From assembly GCA_010909165.1 (NCBI GenBank), contig VJWM01000044.1, forward strand, positions 2,294,001-2,358,000: a DNA stretch of 64,000 nucleotides, in the 5' to 3' direction. The notes under the pieces were generated by a model, which saw nothing but the letters and a program-made list of their open reading frames with translations, was not told the origin of the DNA and made no database searches. The translations under genes and the position numbers were made by a program. This DNA comes from Anthoceros angustus. Its lineage: Eukaryota > Plantae > Anthocerotophyta. How positions within the stretch are numbered: position 1 is the first letter of the stretch; every line of letters starts with the position of its first letter. Below are positions 12,251 through 25,639 of the stretch, piece after piece.

Positions 12251-12655
12251 AAGGTGCTAAGGGCTCGCATCCAACTTGAAGATATTTCTTGCTTACATTT
12301 TATTCACTTAGGAGGAAAGATGATCTTACAATGCACTACTTCGTGGATTACTGAATATTATTTTATTATTAAGAAGTAATGGACCAGCCTCATCTCCATA
12401 GCTAACTGGGTGGAAAAAGGCCAAGGAGGTCAAGAGTGATGCCCACATAATGAACTTAAGACCTAAAGTCATCCGTAATGCTTGTCAACTATAGTCCAAA
12501 GGGAAAACTCCACCTGAGTATATTAGCTCACATTATCGACCTAGTTTACCTCCATAGTAATTAATCTTAATGTAAATATTATCTTTCTATCCCTTAGAAA
12601 GATAATAATATCCTCCTCGTGTATTCGTTTTTCAGGGCTGGAAGTCAAGCTGGAT

Positions 12656-12798
12656 AAACCCTAGACTTACCTAACTAGGTGTTACTGATAACCCGAGACT
12701 TGGGCAGTCTTCGATACTCTTACTCTAGTGCGGTTCTCTATATATGTATGCAATAAAGTGAGCTTACTCTGATTAGGGCTGGACGGCAAGCTATATAA
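12656..12798 (+). promoter_or_regulatory. Telo-box (AAACCCTA, 12656-12663) and TATA box (TATATAAA, from 12792) upstream of RRP6L2
   Basis: Both motifs are visible directly; telo-boxes are typical of plant ribosome-biogenesis gene promoters. Confidence 0.45.
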
Positions 12799-12833
12799 AC
12801 CCGGGACTTCGTACTGGGGACTTGACGGCAACC

Positions 12834-15800
12834 ATGGCGACCTCCAGGGCACGTGATCTTCTGGAGTCCATCAAAGGCCCGTTTCCTGATGCTTTGCAGA
12901 AGCTAGAGGCGGCTTCCAGAGCTATACCCGAGGATACAGATTTCCACTTCTACTGTAACTATCCTCAATTCAAGCGGCCGGTGCAAAATGTTGTGGCTCG
13001 CGTGGAAAAGCTGTTGAACTTACTTGGGTCTGCGAGGGAGGTGCGGCATAATCCAGCTCCCTTTGTGGACGATCCGGAGGAGGTCTACGACTGGCTGACT
13101 GGAGTGCAGGATGATTGCCTGGAGAAAGTCGATAGCGCGCTTGATGAATTCCACAAGGCGCGGAATGAGTCCAAGAGGAGGAAAGGGCCGGATTTTGATG
13201 AAGTGTCGGTGGGGCAGACCCGGAATTCGGGTCAGACGAGTTTTCAGGAGACCGCGAAGAGAGTGAAAATGGCCAAACGGTCTAATGATAACTCCGTTCC
13301 GACTTACATTGCATCCATTCCCCGGCCTCAGGACAAGTTTGATATGGCAGTGGACAACTCCAGCACCCCATTCAACCATCCGAGAGTTGGCACAGTCGAA
13401 GGTGGCTCTGTTGGCACGCGAACACCTGTGTCTGTCACGGTTCTGGATACTGGACTGGATGAGGTGAAAGCAGGGACTACTGAAACTGCGTCGGTGGGGA
13501 CGCCTAACGCAGCCCTGCAGCGATGCGAGAAGTACGCGAATAAGTTGAGAGGCAGCACGGCGGTGCACCCTTTAGAGGTACCATTGTAGGCATTTTTGTT
13601 TGCTTGGTGATGTTACGAAGGGTGAGAATTGAACAGAAGCGTTTTACAGGAAAGACTTGGGTCATTGGAGTTCACGAATGAGTTATTGGTGAAGGTGGAT
13701 CCCAAAGAGCCGCTCCCCCTCGCTGTAACTCCTCTAACAGTTGTGGACACTTTGTCGGCACTCCAGGAGTTAGCCGCCAAGCTACGAACAGCTGAAGAGA
13801 TTGCGGTCAGTGTTGTGTATTGGTGTCGAGATGGCTATGCTGCTTTTGCGTGACTCTCCCTAGCTCATCCGAGTCTTGTTTGTGTCACAGGTTGACTTGG
13901 AAAATCATAGTTACCGCTCCTTCCAAGGATTTGTCTGTGTTATGCAAGTATCCACCCGCAGTGAGGACTTCATTATCGACACTCTGACATTGCGAAGCCA
14001 TATTGGGCCATGTTTAGGGGAGATTTTTTCGGGTTCCAGGGTCAGAAAGGTACAGCCCTTTGGAGACCAGCAGGATGGTTTGTTAGTCGATGGAAAGTAT
14101 TCTGACCCACAGAATCTTGTTGAGTGCAGGTGATGCATGGAGCCGATAGCGATGTTGCTTGGCTCCAGCGCGACTTTGGAATCTACTTATGCAATCTTTT
14201 TGATACTGGACAGGTATAGAATAATCTATGGCATAATGTTGCTGTGCTGCTGTGACCCTCGCACTTTCTGCCACAGTTTTCCCCTCTTGGTTGTTTGGTC
14301 TGCTGATGGTTGGGCTATGATTCAGGCTTCTCGGGTGTTAAATTTCCCATCATTTAGCTTGGCTTTCCTTCTGCAACATTTCTGCAACATAGCTGCGGAC
14401 AAACGGTGAGCTCATGCATACGTTTGTCATTTTCCGGATTGTCTTTTCTGATAACTGTTTCTATTGCCTAAGTTTGGCAACCTTGTTGATTGGCCATCTA
14501 ATGTTATGTATGGCTCTTTTGCAGATATCAGCTTGCTGACTGGCGCCTTCGACCTTTACCAGCAGATATGTTGAGGTAGCTATAAAACGATCTGCAGCAA
14601 GTATGCTTTAGCCTAGAAAGATGATGCATCTTATTGAAATTGGAAGTGCTTTGCCTTGCTTTGCTGGATGGAATGGGATAGGATGGTATGGAGCGGTCAT
14701 TTTGAGCTTGAACTGAAGCTGTCTCATTGCACATGTCACTGTCAGGTATGCGAGGGAAGATACCCACTACTTGCTCTATGTCTATGACAAGCTGAGACAG
14801 CTGTTGACTGGGGCTGGATCAAGTGAGCGGCCGAACGAAGAAAGCCCTCTTTTACAGGTACAACAGTCTGTTCTTCAGGCTTCAAGTTGAGTTTCAGAAT
14901 CTCCAGAATGCATACCATTGAATGACTATGCTTGTTTCACTTGTGGCGATTGCAGGTTTTCCACCGCAGCCGTGATGTATGTTTGAAGTTGTATGAAAAG
15001 GACCTTTTGACAGACGATTCACACCTGCAGATCTATGGGTGGGTATCGGAGGATATTTGAGAAAGGATTGACTGCAATCCTTGTGGATTTGCGGCCCAAG
15101 GCTAAACTTGATCACTGTTGGTTGTTATGTTCAGAATGCGGAAAAAACAGTTCAGACCACTGCAGCTAGGTGTTCTCAAGGTGAATCTGAGAAAAAAATG
15201 TTGCACAAGCTTGTCGTTGTTGTCTTATTGTTGTTTGTTTTCAATATAACCTAGGTGCTGTAGGAAAGAGCAGGATCAGCTTCAGGTTGAGCTTGAGGTT
15301 GCTAGACGTAATAGAAGCTATATGTTGTTATGCAGGAACTATATGCTTGGAGGGACCAGCTTGCCAGGAAAGAAGATGAGAGTACGGGTTTCATTTGTCC
15401 AAACAAGCAATTAATTCAGCTTGGTATGGCATCTATCTGCTCACCATGCATTTGAATTGAACACAATTGGGTGACTGTGTTGATTAGTGTTGATTGGCTA
15501 CTGATGAATGTGTCAGTCTTTTTTCACGTGAACAGTGAGTAGATGCCCTCTTGTAATGTCTGATGTTTTTCTGATGAAAGTTTGTTGCCTGTCTCAGCTG
15601 AAGAGATGCCGGAAACTATGCAGGAGTTGAAGAGGGTGCTAAATGGACCGAAGTGTCTTGCACATGAGCATCTTGGCACACTTCTTTCAATTATACGTTC
15701 AACAAAGGAGGATTTTCTTAGTCAAATTGATATTGTTGATGGTGAAGGAAAGCTTGGGGGTGAGAAGGATGCTGATATGGTCTCCAATATCCTTGTGAAT

Positions 15801-17750
15801 TCCACACCCAACAGGCAAACTACAGTGCCATTAGCGCAGGACAAGGAAGGAGCCATACAGAAATGTGCGACTGTGCCTGCTGTGCAACCGGTGGAATTCC
15901 CTGTTGCAAAAGTAAGCATCCCAGAAACGGCAAGTATGGTTGATATCAAGGGAGAGCATCCTGAGGACGTTCCCGGGGCACGTGTCGGCTCTTCAGGAAG
16001 GAGTTTGGAGTCAAATATGATTGCTGGTGGTGCAGTGGTGCACAGAGCAATGACCTCATCCTTGTTTGGGCCTTTCAAACGTTCTTCTGGTGGAAGACAG
16101 AGAGCCCTAAGCTTGGAAGAACTTACCCGACGTGCTGATGAAGGCCCTCCTTCTCAAATGTTGAGTCCTCTGTCCAGCCACTTGAGTAAAGATGTTGGAG
16201 AAGTGACACAAATTGTGTCCACAGTCGAGGAAACGAGTGATAGGAATGTTGAAGGTGAGAACTCAGCGCCACCAGCGTGCTGTGCATTGGACTCACAGCA
16301 CGGGTCAGTGGCAGGAGGCACGCATTCAGGGATACATGGTGATACTGCAGAGGAAATTGTAGTATCTGGGATATCAATATGTTCGGAGATACTTGTTTCT
16401 GAGGAGAAGTCCACACCAAAGGACTTAGGTGCATCAAATGCTGCATGTCTTCCCTCTAGTTTGCAGCAGGAGTTGTCCGGACATGAGAGCTTGCAGATAC
16501 GACCTGAGGTGATATCGGCTTTGCCCATCAGCTTCCAGCATCCAGGTGACTTTGCCAGAGATGGCACAGAAGATGCAAATGCTAAGAACTTGGCAGTGTC
16601 TGACTTCCCTCAAACTGGAGAGGGAGGAAGTTCTGCTAGTCTCTCATTGACGTCAGAGAGTAACAGGTCAAAAGCACTGGAAGGTGGAACTAGTAGACCT
16701 ACAGACACGCCTGTATGCATGGAAGGAACAGGTGTGCCTTATCGAAATGGTGGGCTGGCTTCTTTGTTAGGTCGACCTCAGAAGAAGAAAGATGCATCAT
16801 GCAACCACGAAGAGGATCCTGAGATGGTATATAGTTGCCGTCCGTACATGTTTGCTTGAAACTTAAGTTTGTTTGTGCTCCTCCGGTCTGACGTATGATT
16901 CCCATCGTTACAGGTGGAGGCGAGGAGAAAAGCGGAGCAAATTAAGTCGTCCGTGACTTTGCCTTTTCATGGTGTTTCTGGAGTGTACGTTCCAGACGGC
17001 AAGCCCAGTACCTCTACCTCCATCTTTCAAGCTGCAGTCAGGGACATGTCGAGTTTGACGGTCCTTGAAAGGCTTGGTGTTAAGCTAAAGGACAAACAAG
17101 AGGCTGTGTACCAAGAGACCAAAGCTTGGAGTGAGGTGATATCTTTTGAGCAAGCCGACAACAGGGCACAGTCTGTGGAACAAGAGAGGGATGCGCAGAA
17201 GAAACGCAGGCACAAGAGCTGGTTCGAGAAGGTGTCAGACACTGCTCAAGCTTCTGGTGACAGGGCAATACCGATATCACTCTCTGAAGCAAGGAGACTT
17301 TCAAGGACAGGTACCGATGTTCCTTCTTCAGGTGAGGCCAAGAGAGCTCCTCAACGTCTTGACAACAACTCGTTCAAAAGGAGAAAAGTTGCTGGTGTGC
17401 CCTCAAGTGCATCAGGTGGGCCTAGTCCATCAGGCCAGAAGAAGAAAACGTCTCAGCGACCTGGCCTCCAGCCTGCCTCCGCCCCGGGCGGTGCAGCGAT
17501 ACCGTTTGACTACGAGGCCGCGAAAAGTTCATTAGACATAGAGAAACAATTAAAGGAAAGCAGGGCACAACGTGAGGAGTCATCTCGAGGAAGGCCTGGG
17601 AGTAAAAGGAAGCGACCTGATCGGCCAGATGCCCTGAAGACCTTTAACCCGTATAGGGCAACGGGAGAACCCAAGGCCGAAGGCATCCAACCTGGTCCTC
17701 GGCGGCAAGTGTTTCCTCAATCCGGCAATCGGTCTGCCACTTTCAGATAA
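12834..17750 (+). CDS. RRP6L2: Exosome-associated 3'-5' exonuclease, RRP6-like 2 (PMC2NT, DEDDy exonuclease, HRDC), multi-exon
   Basis: [13 protein letters not shown]|[87 protein letters not shown]-terminal [16 protein letters not shown]. Confidence 0.92.
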
Positions 17751-17916
17751 GTGAGGGGGTGGTAGCTGAAGCTTATGTCACACTTCGCTGCATCGCAGTA
17801 CCACTCGGGGAAGCTTGCGCGCACTCCTTTCAGCCCGTCTCTTTGTTTCGTGTGCGGACAGCAAATGAAACATACGCTTCGTAATCCAAACAACCTAGAA
17901 AAGATTCATTTCTTGT

Positions 17917-19149
17917 CTATGGACATCCTTCCTTCTCGGTTGGAAGGTCTGTGTCAACCTTGTCCCTGTAGGCCATGATCCGGTATTTCGTCTCAGACCT
18001 GCCAGATCAAAGCGGCTTATTCAAACCAAGACCGCGGGAACTGAAGAGCAAGCTCTTTCGTCGCTGAGCTTAAATCTGACTTACCGAAATCCAATCATCC
18101 AGAAAAACCGTCTGGCGCTGGGAGGAGGAAATACAGCAAATCCAGAGGGTCCACCCTTGCTCTTCATATCCTGAACACAGTATGATAATTGGTGAGACTG
18201 CCCTGCAGTAGACAGGGGAAGAGGCCGTGGCCATCCGGAAGAGGCATGATATCAACCTGGACTAGCTGCTTCACTATCTTTCTGCCAATCCCGCGATGCT
18301 GATAATCAGGATGCACAGCCACGTCGCATATTGTTGCCTGGTGGTAGGATTCGTAAGTCAGGTGCCACAATATCCAGGACGACCGCTAGAGTGAAACACA
18401 TCTTAAGCAATTCATAAAAGCAAACGAGGTCAGGTATCACGTACGATGAATGCCCCATCCGAAACTGCTCTTCCGATACCTGCAAAGACATGACTTGTTA
18501 CCAACATGACCGCCCACCAGACATCCAGAACTCAAACGGTTGGTGGACTTACCGATCAGCCTCCTACCAGTGCTGGAGGCAAATGCAGAATCTTCATCCT
18601 CTGCAAGCACAACAACAAACTGCACACATCAAGGTAGGCAACCCAATCCAGCTACCCCAACAGCATCCTGGGGGGAAATGTACACCCACAGCATATGTGT
18701 GCTGAAGTGCTTTCATGATTTTCTTCGGATCTCTGACAACTTTCAGAGTAATGGCCCAGAGCTCGCTTAGCTGCAAACAAAACAACGAGGATATGAGCCG
18801 AAGAACACATCTGCAATACCTGTTCCCATCAAAGTGCAATCTTCCAACACCTCTACTGGATCGACATCCGAGATGTTGGAGCTGTAAGTAAGAGGCCGAG
18901 GTACGAGAGGGGGCCAGCGTGATCTGGCCCCAGCTGGTCTCCTGAGACCGGGTTCATAATCCCAACGATGCAGATTGTTCACAACCAGCCTGGAGTTACT
19001 CCAGCTGCGCAATTTGCAATTGGTGGTCCACCTCACCTGCCACAGGCATCGTCAACCCATCAAACCACTTCACACATCCCAGTTTTTGCACAACACGTTC
19101 AGGAGGGACTTACGGGCACAGTAGAGGAGACACATGCTGCGAGCACCAT
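17917..19149 (-). CDS. GNAT N-acetyltransferase (NSI/SNAT/Ycf52-like), probably plastid-targeted, multi-exon
   Basis: RDPKKIMKALQH, RRLIG|IGRAVSDGAF, ATICDVAVHPDYQHRGIGRKIVKQLV (acetyl-CoA binding QxxGxG). Exons join at GT-AG sites to a TAG at 17917. Confidence 0.8.
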
Positions 19150-19561
19150 CGCAATACCATGGGCGGGGTAAGGTAAACCGTTGGTACCTCAAACAAACCC
19201 TATCTCTTTACCGGCCAAGATTTTACCATTTTACCGGGGTGGATGGATCCACGTTCTCTCTCCTTTTGGGAGGACGAGAAACTTATTACTAAGGACGACG
19301 TTGGTAAAGTAGGTGGGCAGAGATCACATCCATCTCGTCAGCTTGGCGGAGCCGGGTTTGAACCTCCCGCGTAGGGGTAGATCAAGGCCGTGCAGACAGA
19401 TCTGGCGGGCAAACAAGGCGACAAGCAGGGCAGGGCAAGTAAGCTCTTCTGTTGCCACTTCCTCCTGCCTCTTTGCACGGTAAGTAAGCTCAGCTTCACA
19501 CTGCTCTTTCCTTCTCTTCTCAGCCGCTTTTTTATCTAGCCACCTGCTTGCTTGGTGAGTT

Positions 19562-19566
<5 letters not shown>

Positions 19567-19611
<45 letters not shown>
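19567..19611. repeat. (GT)n microsatellite, probably in the 5' UTR intron of RopGDI
   Basis: About 22 consecutive GT units. Confidence 0.95.
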
Positions 19612-19614
<3 letters not shown>

Positions 19615-19937
19615 CGAGTTCGAAGAGGTGTTTTGGCGCCTACTCGCTGGCTCACGCTAGCGTGACTTTAGCCTGGAGTGTGTAGTGGATGCTGTAAATC
19701 ATGCTGCCAGCTGCCTGGCAGCCAATGCGGCTGTCTCTCAGCTGCCCCAGGCGGGAATGCTTTTGATCCAGCGCCTCAGGCACATTGCCAGGGCTAGGCT
19801 GGGCTTAATTGAGCAGACCCGTCATTTTTTTTTTTGTTGAGCCGCCGCTGCTCCCGGTCGGTGCATGACTCTCTTCAATTATGTCCATGTTGGTGGCAGC
19901 ATTGGCCAGACTCGCTGGTGTCTCACGCGACAATAAA

Positions 19938-21000
19938 ATGAACGGGGTGTTCCCTGGCCCTAATCAATCAGCCGGTCCATCTGGAGACGCGCTTCTGGCC
20001 GTTCCTCATCCGGAGGGGCTCACTCGACAGCTCAGTACCACTTCCTACTACGATTCTGAGGAAGAGGATTCCAAGGTTGCTGAGGACTTCGTTCCTGGGG
20101 CTTTAATTCCCCTGAAGGAGCAGCTTGAGTTGGACAAGGTACTTTTCAATTTTCTCGCCCGGGCCTGCATGACTGACTCACCGCCTCGACTGACAGTCCG
20201 CAGCTAACTGCTGTGTTGAATGCAGGAGGATGAAAGTCTCCGGCGGTGGAAGGAGCAACTCCTCGGCTCTGTTGAGCTGGATGCGGGTATTTCTGTCGTT
20301 TTCATTTCGCTTGCATTTCTCAGTCTGTTCTCGAATGCTGTGTTCACGAAAGATGAGGCAACCGATATCTATGGTCTGCAGAGCACCTAGAGCCTGAAGT
20401 TCAAGTGCTGACTTTGGGCATCATCTCTAGAGGCCGCTCTGAGATCTCTATCCCGCTCCCTCTCCCGCTCGACAATCGCGGCTTCACGTTCACGCTTAAG
20501 GAGGGTAGCCATTACAGTCTCAAGTTCAGATTTCTGGTCAGACACAACCTCGTTTCTGGCCTGAGGTACATCAACACTGTATGGAAGAATTCTATTAAAG
20601 GTGTGCGCTCTACCCGGCTAACACTTCACCTGGCACTCCGTGAATTTGTATCCGCTCTGTCAAAATTCTTGCTTCCCACTTTTTGGATAAGATAACTGAT
20701 GGTACTGTGTAGTGGATGAGACGAAGGTCATGCTTGGAACGTTCGCCCCGCAGCAAGAAGCTTATGTGCAGATTATGGACGAGGAAACCACGCCGTCCGG
20801 TGTGCTTGCGCGTGGTGCATATACTGCCAAAACGAAGGTGTGCCCTCATATGCCAAGGTGTATGGTCTTTAGATGGAAGTCACAGATCTAAGTAGTTCTC
20901 ATGTGGGGCCTTTAATCCTTCGTTTTTACAGTTTGTCGACGACGATGGAAGATCCCATTTGGATGTAGACTACACGTTTCAGATACGCAAGGATTGGTAG
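19938..21000 (+). CDS. RopGDI: Rho (ROP) GDP-dissociation inhibitor, 5 exons
   Basis: LKEQLELDK|EDESLRRWKEQLLG, FTLKEGSHY, VSGLRYINTVWK, MLGTFAPQ, EETTPSGVLARGAY, FVDDDG, FQIRKDW*. Confidence 0.93.
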
Positions 21001-22489
21001 ATGGCAAGAAAGTTGGTACCTGTTCTGTATCAAGGAGTTGGTGGTTGTATGCAAGATATTGGGGATACAAGTGGATGGACACTACTTGGATGAGATAGGT
21101 TAGTTTTGGTGACACTTTCTATTTTGATGGGTTGAAGCTTAAAGACTCAAGGTCTGGGCATTTGGAGCTTCGCAGCAGTCTTCCATTATCAGGCAGATGG
21201 TTTGGAAGTTGTCTCAAGAAGATGCTCTGTATTTTCATTTCCTTTTTTGAATCCCTTGTATGAGGAGCTGATAGCCGGTAGCAAAGCATCAGAATCTTGT
21301 ATTAGGTGGACTGTTAATATCGTGATGCACTATGGACGTCTACGGGTTCCCAGTTCGGGGCTTCAGGCTGCCCGATTCAGGCGAACCGTAATTGTTTTAG
21401 CGAAATCTCCAGGCGAAGTATAGGTAGGTATTTTGTCCGCACACAACTCCTGTCGAAACTCGCGACATTTTCGGGAAGAGCATATGCTATGTAAGCAAAT
21501 ATCGGAATATTGGTTATGTCAGCAACACGAAATTGTTGTCGAGCCCTTACACATGACTGTTATTTGAACCCCTACACAGAATTGTTACGTAGCACGCCAC
21601 ACACAATTGCTGGTCGAACTCCTATGCACGACTGAATTGACAGCTTGGTAGTCAGTCGGGCTGAAATTTCAGCTTCCTTTTACCAGTGTGGTTGAATTTT
21701 CAAATTGTGTCTCCGAAAAAAAGTGGCAAAGTTCTACAGATGATATGTACCAACAATGGCAAGGAATATGGAGACTTTATAAAAAGAACGAGATGGAAAT
21801 CCCATCTATCCCGAGGCGCAAGGGGACAACCCACGACGGGGCACGAGGCCAGGGGGGCGTGCCCACGCACTAATCTACCCTATAACCCCCGATCGCCCAC
21901 AATGGCAAGGGGGATATGCATTGCCAAAATGAGCTATTTCCTCCTTCACCGGCACCGGGCTGGTAGTATGCATCATGCTAGGCGGCGGCAGCCCCCGTGG
22001 CGAGACTGTCTGAATCTGTACGCTGATGACGTCGTGGAGGGGTTGTCCAGCTGCATTGCCGATTTGTGGGCGCTGCAGGAGAGGCGCTTTTTTGGTCGTG
22101 TCACTGGCTTCATGCGAGCGACGCTGCGCCTCCTTCTCCTGGGTTCCGTGCGTGGCAGGCAGTGGTAATTGGGCTTTTCCTGCTGTCTTCTTGGCGCCTG
22201 CTTGGAGCACCTTCGGCAATTGGGTGCTTTGGTACCTGTCAATTGAACTCCCTCGTGCGCTGGCGTCAGCTGGAGTGGAATTGAGGGGATCATATGGCAC
22301 TAGTTCATGCGGGTGGTATGATGCAGGAGCAGGCGCTGTTTCGTGTTTGAAACTCTGTGGAATGTGAGAGGGCAGGGTTGGTTCACATTTGTCCAGCTCG
22401 TGCTTCCGATTTTGCCAATGTGCAGGCAATTCACCAGAGGCCGTATGTGCCTTGTAGGTTAGCAGTGAGTGCGAGCGAAAGGCATTCTT

Positions 22490-24185
22490 CAAACGGTGTG
22501 CACAAGGCTCTGCTGGGAGGTGCGGCTGTGGTCGCCACAAAGCACGCATGCTTGCCTTGGGCTTTGTTTCTTCTCAGGTCGACCTCGTTGCCGATTTTTT
22601 GGGGCAAATTTCAGGCCCCGTGTCTGACGACGGACAATTCGTCCCCTCCGCTGAAGCGGTCTTCCCAGCCGTCGAGCCCTCTTGCGTTTATGAGAGGACG
22701 AAGTGTGTGGCTCGTATCTCACGAGCTTTCTGTGTCGGATACAGCTGCCATTCTTCCATTTTCTGTTTCTGTGCAAGAAGTGTGAGTGGTCCTTTCCTTC
22801 AGTGAGTAAATGTGGTCCTGAGTGTTGCAGGAGGCCCTTTGCTGTTGATGGAGCTTTCCAAGCTGCTCACAGATGTGGGTGCCAAGGTTCAGTGGGTGAC
22901 TAACGAAAACGATGGCAATGATGTGACGCTTTCCTTGGGACAACCTGAGGGATCAAAACGTGCAAGTAAGCTATCATCCTACCGGAAAGTAAGCTGCTTT
23001 GCTACATATTGTAATGCAGACGGGGTCAGATTACCAACGGCAATTGTCCTGATTGGGCAGATACTCGTAAGGAGAGGTGAAAATGTTGTACAGGCAGCTT
23101 TGAGGGCTGATTTGATTCTTCTCAACACAGGTGTTGCCGGAAAGTGGATTGATGCAAAGGTCAAAGACAAGCTTGACCTCATTCTTCCTAAAGTACTGTG
23201 GTGGATCCATGAGATGCGTGGTCACTACTTCGCCACTGATCTCATTAACACCTTCCAGGCGTGGCAGGGGCTATGATTGACTCTCATGCAACAGCAGAGT
23301 ACTGGAAGAACAGCACGGTTATTCAGCTGAAGTCAGTTTGTTGCCTTTTAGATAAGCAGGTCACCATGGCACTTCGCTTAGCCCTCAAATAACCTATATC
23401 CATCACACAGGGCTTTCGTTAACATGTGGAGCTTGGGGACTTGATCAGTTTTCCTCTTACTGTGCTCTTTGTGAATTGCGATGTTTGTGGGGTATAGTTG
23501 CTGAAATGCATGCGAGATCCTCGCAGATGGAAGATGCCAAAGACATACGTAGTAGACCTGGGGAAACAGCAAAGACCTTACTGAGGCAACTGAGAATGAG
23601 CTTGGGAGGAAGATCCTTAAAGAACATGTGCGAGAGCACTACAGCCACTACGGAGGCCTCAAAGATGATGTGGTGTTCTCAATAATCAACAGTATGCACC
23701 CATGAGTTGCCAGAAACAGCATTGCCCCTGGAGATTGTTTGGATCTTTTCTGCTCACGTGCTGTCCATCTTGTGCAAGCACTGATGTGCTGGTGCAGAAC
23801 TCTCAGGTACGTAACGCACATTCTAGTTTTGTGCACGCCGAGCGGATTGCTTCAGTGTTGCAGGAAATAGTGAGCGAGAACCAGCAATCTCTGATCCTTT
23901 GTGACACAGGATTTCCTCAGAGACCAGTGTTCACACTAGGCTTATCTTTCACAAAACTGTTGTGCAGCTTTGTGGAAAGTAAAGGATGCGGTACACGACC
24001 ACACCTAAATGTGGGTGTGGGTTGCGTAACAATCGTCGTTGTGGGTGGGCGAAGGTCTCCAATGAGCTTGTGGTTGCAGGCAGGCTTGGAGGTGTAGTTA
24101 CTCGGAGTGGCGGTTTCGGAGAACCGTGTCCAATGCACTGCCAGAATGCGATGATGCATTTAGCGGCTTTGCGGCTTCCAGTACA
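22490..24185 (+). pseudogene. GT4-family glycosyltransferase pseudogene
   Basis: FMRGRSVWLVSHELSVS-GGPLLLMEL, PKVLWWIHEMRGHYF, HLPGVAGAMIDSHATAEYWKN, KMPKTYVVDLG/NSKDL, DVLVQNSQ. Lesions: intron donor AT instead of GT at 22739, -1 frameshift near 23248, +1 frameshift near 23564, and large internal deletions. Confidence 0.82.
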
Positions 24186-24933
24186 CGTGTGTAAGGTGCA
24201 GTGCACACGGCAGTTGATGTTGTAGCTCGGTTGTGAAACTGTTTTGCTGTAGGCCGCGATTGATGATCACTCTAACAGTCTCGCGAAGACTGCAAGTTGC
24301 TGTTGTTGCACAGTACTAGTTCCGAGGAAGTTAAACGCTCTAGACTGACAGGTAAGATCTGTTGTGCTGCCATCTCTGTTGCGATACCAACCCCACACCT
24401 AATTTGCGGATCAGCATTTAGCATCCCCTGGGTTGCGGATGATCTGCTTGCCACATATGTATGCAGCTTTCGGATGGCGAAAAGTGGGCACGGATTTTGA
24501 TTTGCCATCGGAGTCATATGAAATACCGGGCACACACGCAGGCAAGCAGAAAAGGGGCTGACCTGCAGAGAAACTGTGAAAGGGAGAACCGTACCACATG
24601 CGGAGCGATTGCTCTAATACCCATACAACGAAAGGCGGACACCAGGTTACCAGATTATGGCAAGCCCCAGGGCCATATGTTGTGGCCTGCACGCGTTATA
24701 TCCATGAGTTATTCCAAAAGTGAATAGTTGTAGATACTCCAACGGCGATATTTGTAGTCCGGCTGGCAAATAGTTGTATCCATCATACATACCAATAGCA
24801 CTTGATTCAATTTGATTGATCAGTTGGACGAGGAGGAAACATCGCAAGACACCTCTTCGAGCCTAAACATATTGTAGCTTACAGGGTAGAATGGATCATT
24901 TGAGGCAACAAGCCCATTCTTTAATCCTATCCA

Positions 24934-25619
24934 TGTGGAGATATGTGATAATCACGTTTTGGGCCGGAGTATGGGCCATACTGAATAGGCTCCCATCATT
25001 TCCATATTGATTAGGCTCCGATCATTTCCATTGAAGGGAATCAATTTTCCGTGGGGCCCTAGATTGCCGTTAAAGAAAATTAGTTATCGGTGGGTCTTTG
25101 CAACTTCCTACGTTCCTGCTGCAATTGCTTCAGTCTTTTCTGAAAAATTTAGCATTTTTTCTGTGGTGCGAGTATAACTGTACATATTTATGTGTTTTGG
25201 CACGATAGGGCTTGGATGTTCTTCTTTGGAGTACAAGTGATTGGGGTACCTTACACTTTGTTCACTATAGGTTTATTTGTAGTGTGTACAATTGACATTA
25301 ATTGTGAGCACGTGGTTCCAAAGCTGGGTAGCTAATGTACAAGTCATGAGGGAATCTTGTACCGTGTTCTTCATAAGTTTGTTTATTGTTGTTTGGATGT
25401 CCTTCATCATAACTAAATGGCTCCAAAGTTGGGTACTTAAGAGTGCATTTTATTGGCGGACAGAGATGTTGTGAGTGTAGTTAATTGGGTGAGCCCATGT
25501 ATATTATTGGGGGTGGAGAGATTTCGGGAGTGTGCTTGGTTGTGCGTTGGGTAGTATTAAGGCTTTGTCTGTTGAATATATTGCCTATTAGTGCAAGTAA
25601 TGTTATTGTTATCGCTACA
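24934..25619 (+). mobile_element. Candidate LTR of the adjacent Copia relic
   Basis: TG...CA-bounded, GT-rich non-coding segment directly before gag-like remnants; no second LTR and no clear PBS in the window. Confidence 0.3.
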
Positions 25620-25639
25620 TTAAATTGTCCGAGCATGGA

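Noticed and set aside
19343-19375. tRNA-like 3' end on - (GGTTCAAACCCGGCTCCGCCA)
   Set aside because: B-box-like only; no A box, acceptor-stem partner or cloverleaf found.
22010-22040. YADD motif in ORF 21686-22168 as a reverse transcriptase
   Set aside because: No other RT motifs around it.
21875-22549. 224-aa minus-strand ORF as a gene
   Set aside because: No recognisable domain, and it partly overlaps the GT4 pseudogene antisense; unsupported.
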